From an uncultured cyanobacterium (GTDB taxonomy: Bacteria; Cyanobacteriota; Cyanobacteriia; PCC-9006; JAAUQQ01), in assembly GCA_963718615.1 (NCBI GenBank), contig OY970368.1, positions 3,936,001-4,000,000 of the forward strand: DNA of 64,000 bases, read 5' to 3'. Below are positions 63,464-64,000 of the stretch, piece after piece (within the stretch, counting starts at the first letter, position 1; each line of letters begins with the position of its first letter). Below the pieces are notes generated by a model that saw only the letters and a program-made list of their open reading frames with translations, was not told where the DNA came from and did no database searches. The position numbers and the translations under genes were made by a program.

Positions 63464-64000
63464 ATGCAATTTATCGATCAGGTCCAGGTTCAAGTTCTTG
63501 CCGGTGATGGGGGCGACGGGATTGTCGCCTTTCGGCGGGAGAAATATGTCCCGACAGGCGGCCCTTCGGGGGGCAATGGCGGACGGGGGGGCTCCGTCAT
63601 TTTGGTCGCCACGGAACAGCTCCAAACCCTCCTGGACTTTAAATATCGGCATATTTTTAAAGCAGAACCCGGCACCAGAGGCGGTCCCAAGGGTATGACT
63701 GGAGCCCAGGGAGAAGATCTGCGCCTAGAAGTTCCCTGTGGAACATCGGTGTATAACGGCGAGACCGATGAATTAATCGGTGACTTGATCGAACCGGGGC
63801 AAGCGCTTTGTGTGGCTCAAGGGGGAAAAGGCGGTTTGGGAAATCAACATTTTCTCAGCAATCACAACCGTGCCCCCGAGAAGGCTTTACCTGGTCTTCC
63901 CGGTGAAGCTCGGGTCCTGCGACTGGAACTCAAACTCATTGCTGAGGTCGGCATTATTGGTGTCCCCAATGCCGGTAAATCGACGTTAATTTCGGTCCTC
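63464..64000 (+). CDS. obgE: GTPase ObgE/CgtA, 3'-truncated by the window (absent from the ORF track)
   Basis: Translated by hand: MQFIDQ...[27 protein letters not shown]...[22 protein letters not shown]. Confidence 0.95.
   Translation, partial: MQFIDQVQVQVLAGDGGDGIVAFRREKYVPTGGPSGGNGGRGGSVILVATEQLQTLLDFKYRHIFKAEPGTRGGPKGMTGAQGEDLRLEVPCGTSVYNGETDELIGDLIEPGQALCVAQGGKGGLGNQHFLSNHNRAPEKALPGLPGEARVLRLELKLIAEVGIIGVPNAGKSTLISVL

Larger units (their letters stand above)
1..64000. repeat. Dispersed HIP1 octamer GCGATCGC at very high density
   Basis: Many dozens of copies in coding and intergenic DNA (for example near 1273, 1863 and 2796); a cyanobacterial hallmark. Confidence 0.95.

Overview
Core chromosomal region of a phycoerythrin-containing cyanobacterium, shown by very dense HIP1 GCGATCGC octamers, psbDC, and cpc/cpe genes. 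It is mostly housekeeping: amino-acid and peptide ABC transporters, mazG, sucC-like, Hik2-like kinase, EPS glycosyltransferases, clpC, rimI, lysA-cdaA-uppS, ugd/uxs, purN, mnmH, GUN4, murQ, ycf4, psbD-psbC, a Crp/Fnr regulator with hcp, a second GyrA paralogue, lipA, sigA and partial obgE. A ~12 kb phycobilisome cluster (46.5-58.3 kb) holds cpcBA-cpcE, cpcL-cpeCDE-cpeS-cpeT-cpeR and cpeU-pebA-pebB. I found no tRNA, rRNA, CRISPR array or transposase. The best candidate for an undescribed system is an AT-richer gene pair at 19528-21300 beside a Uma2 nuclease gene: a very acidic orphan protein plus a PD-(D/E)XK-like nuclease. Other leads are a perfectly placed FNR-type operator at hcp, a Hik2 lacking its conserved N-terminal Cys, a D2 W191F variant, a PirA-like small protein, and recurrent tandem duplications across stop codons. 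All calls come from reading the sequence by eye; no database search was run.
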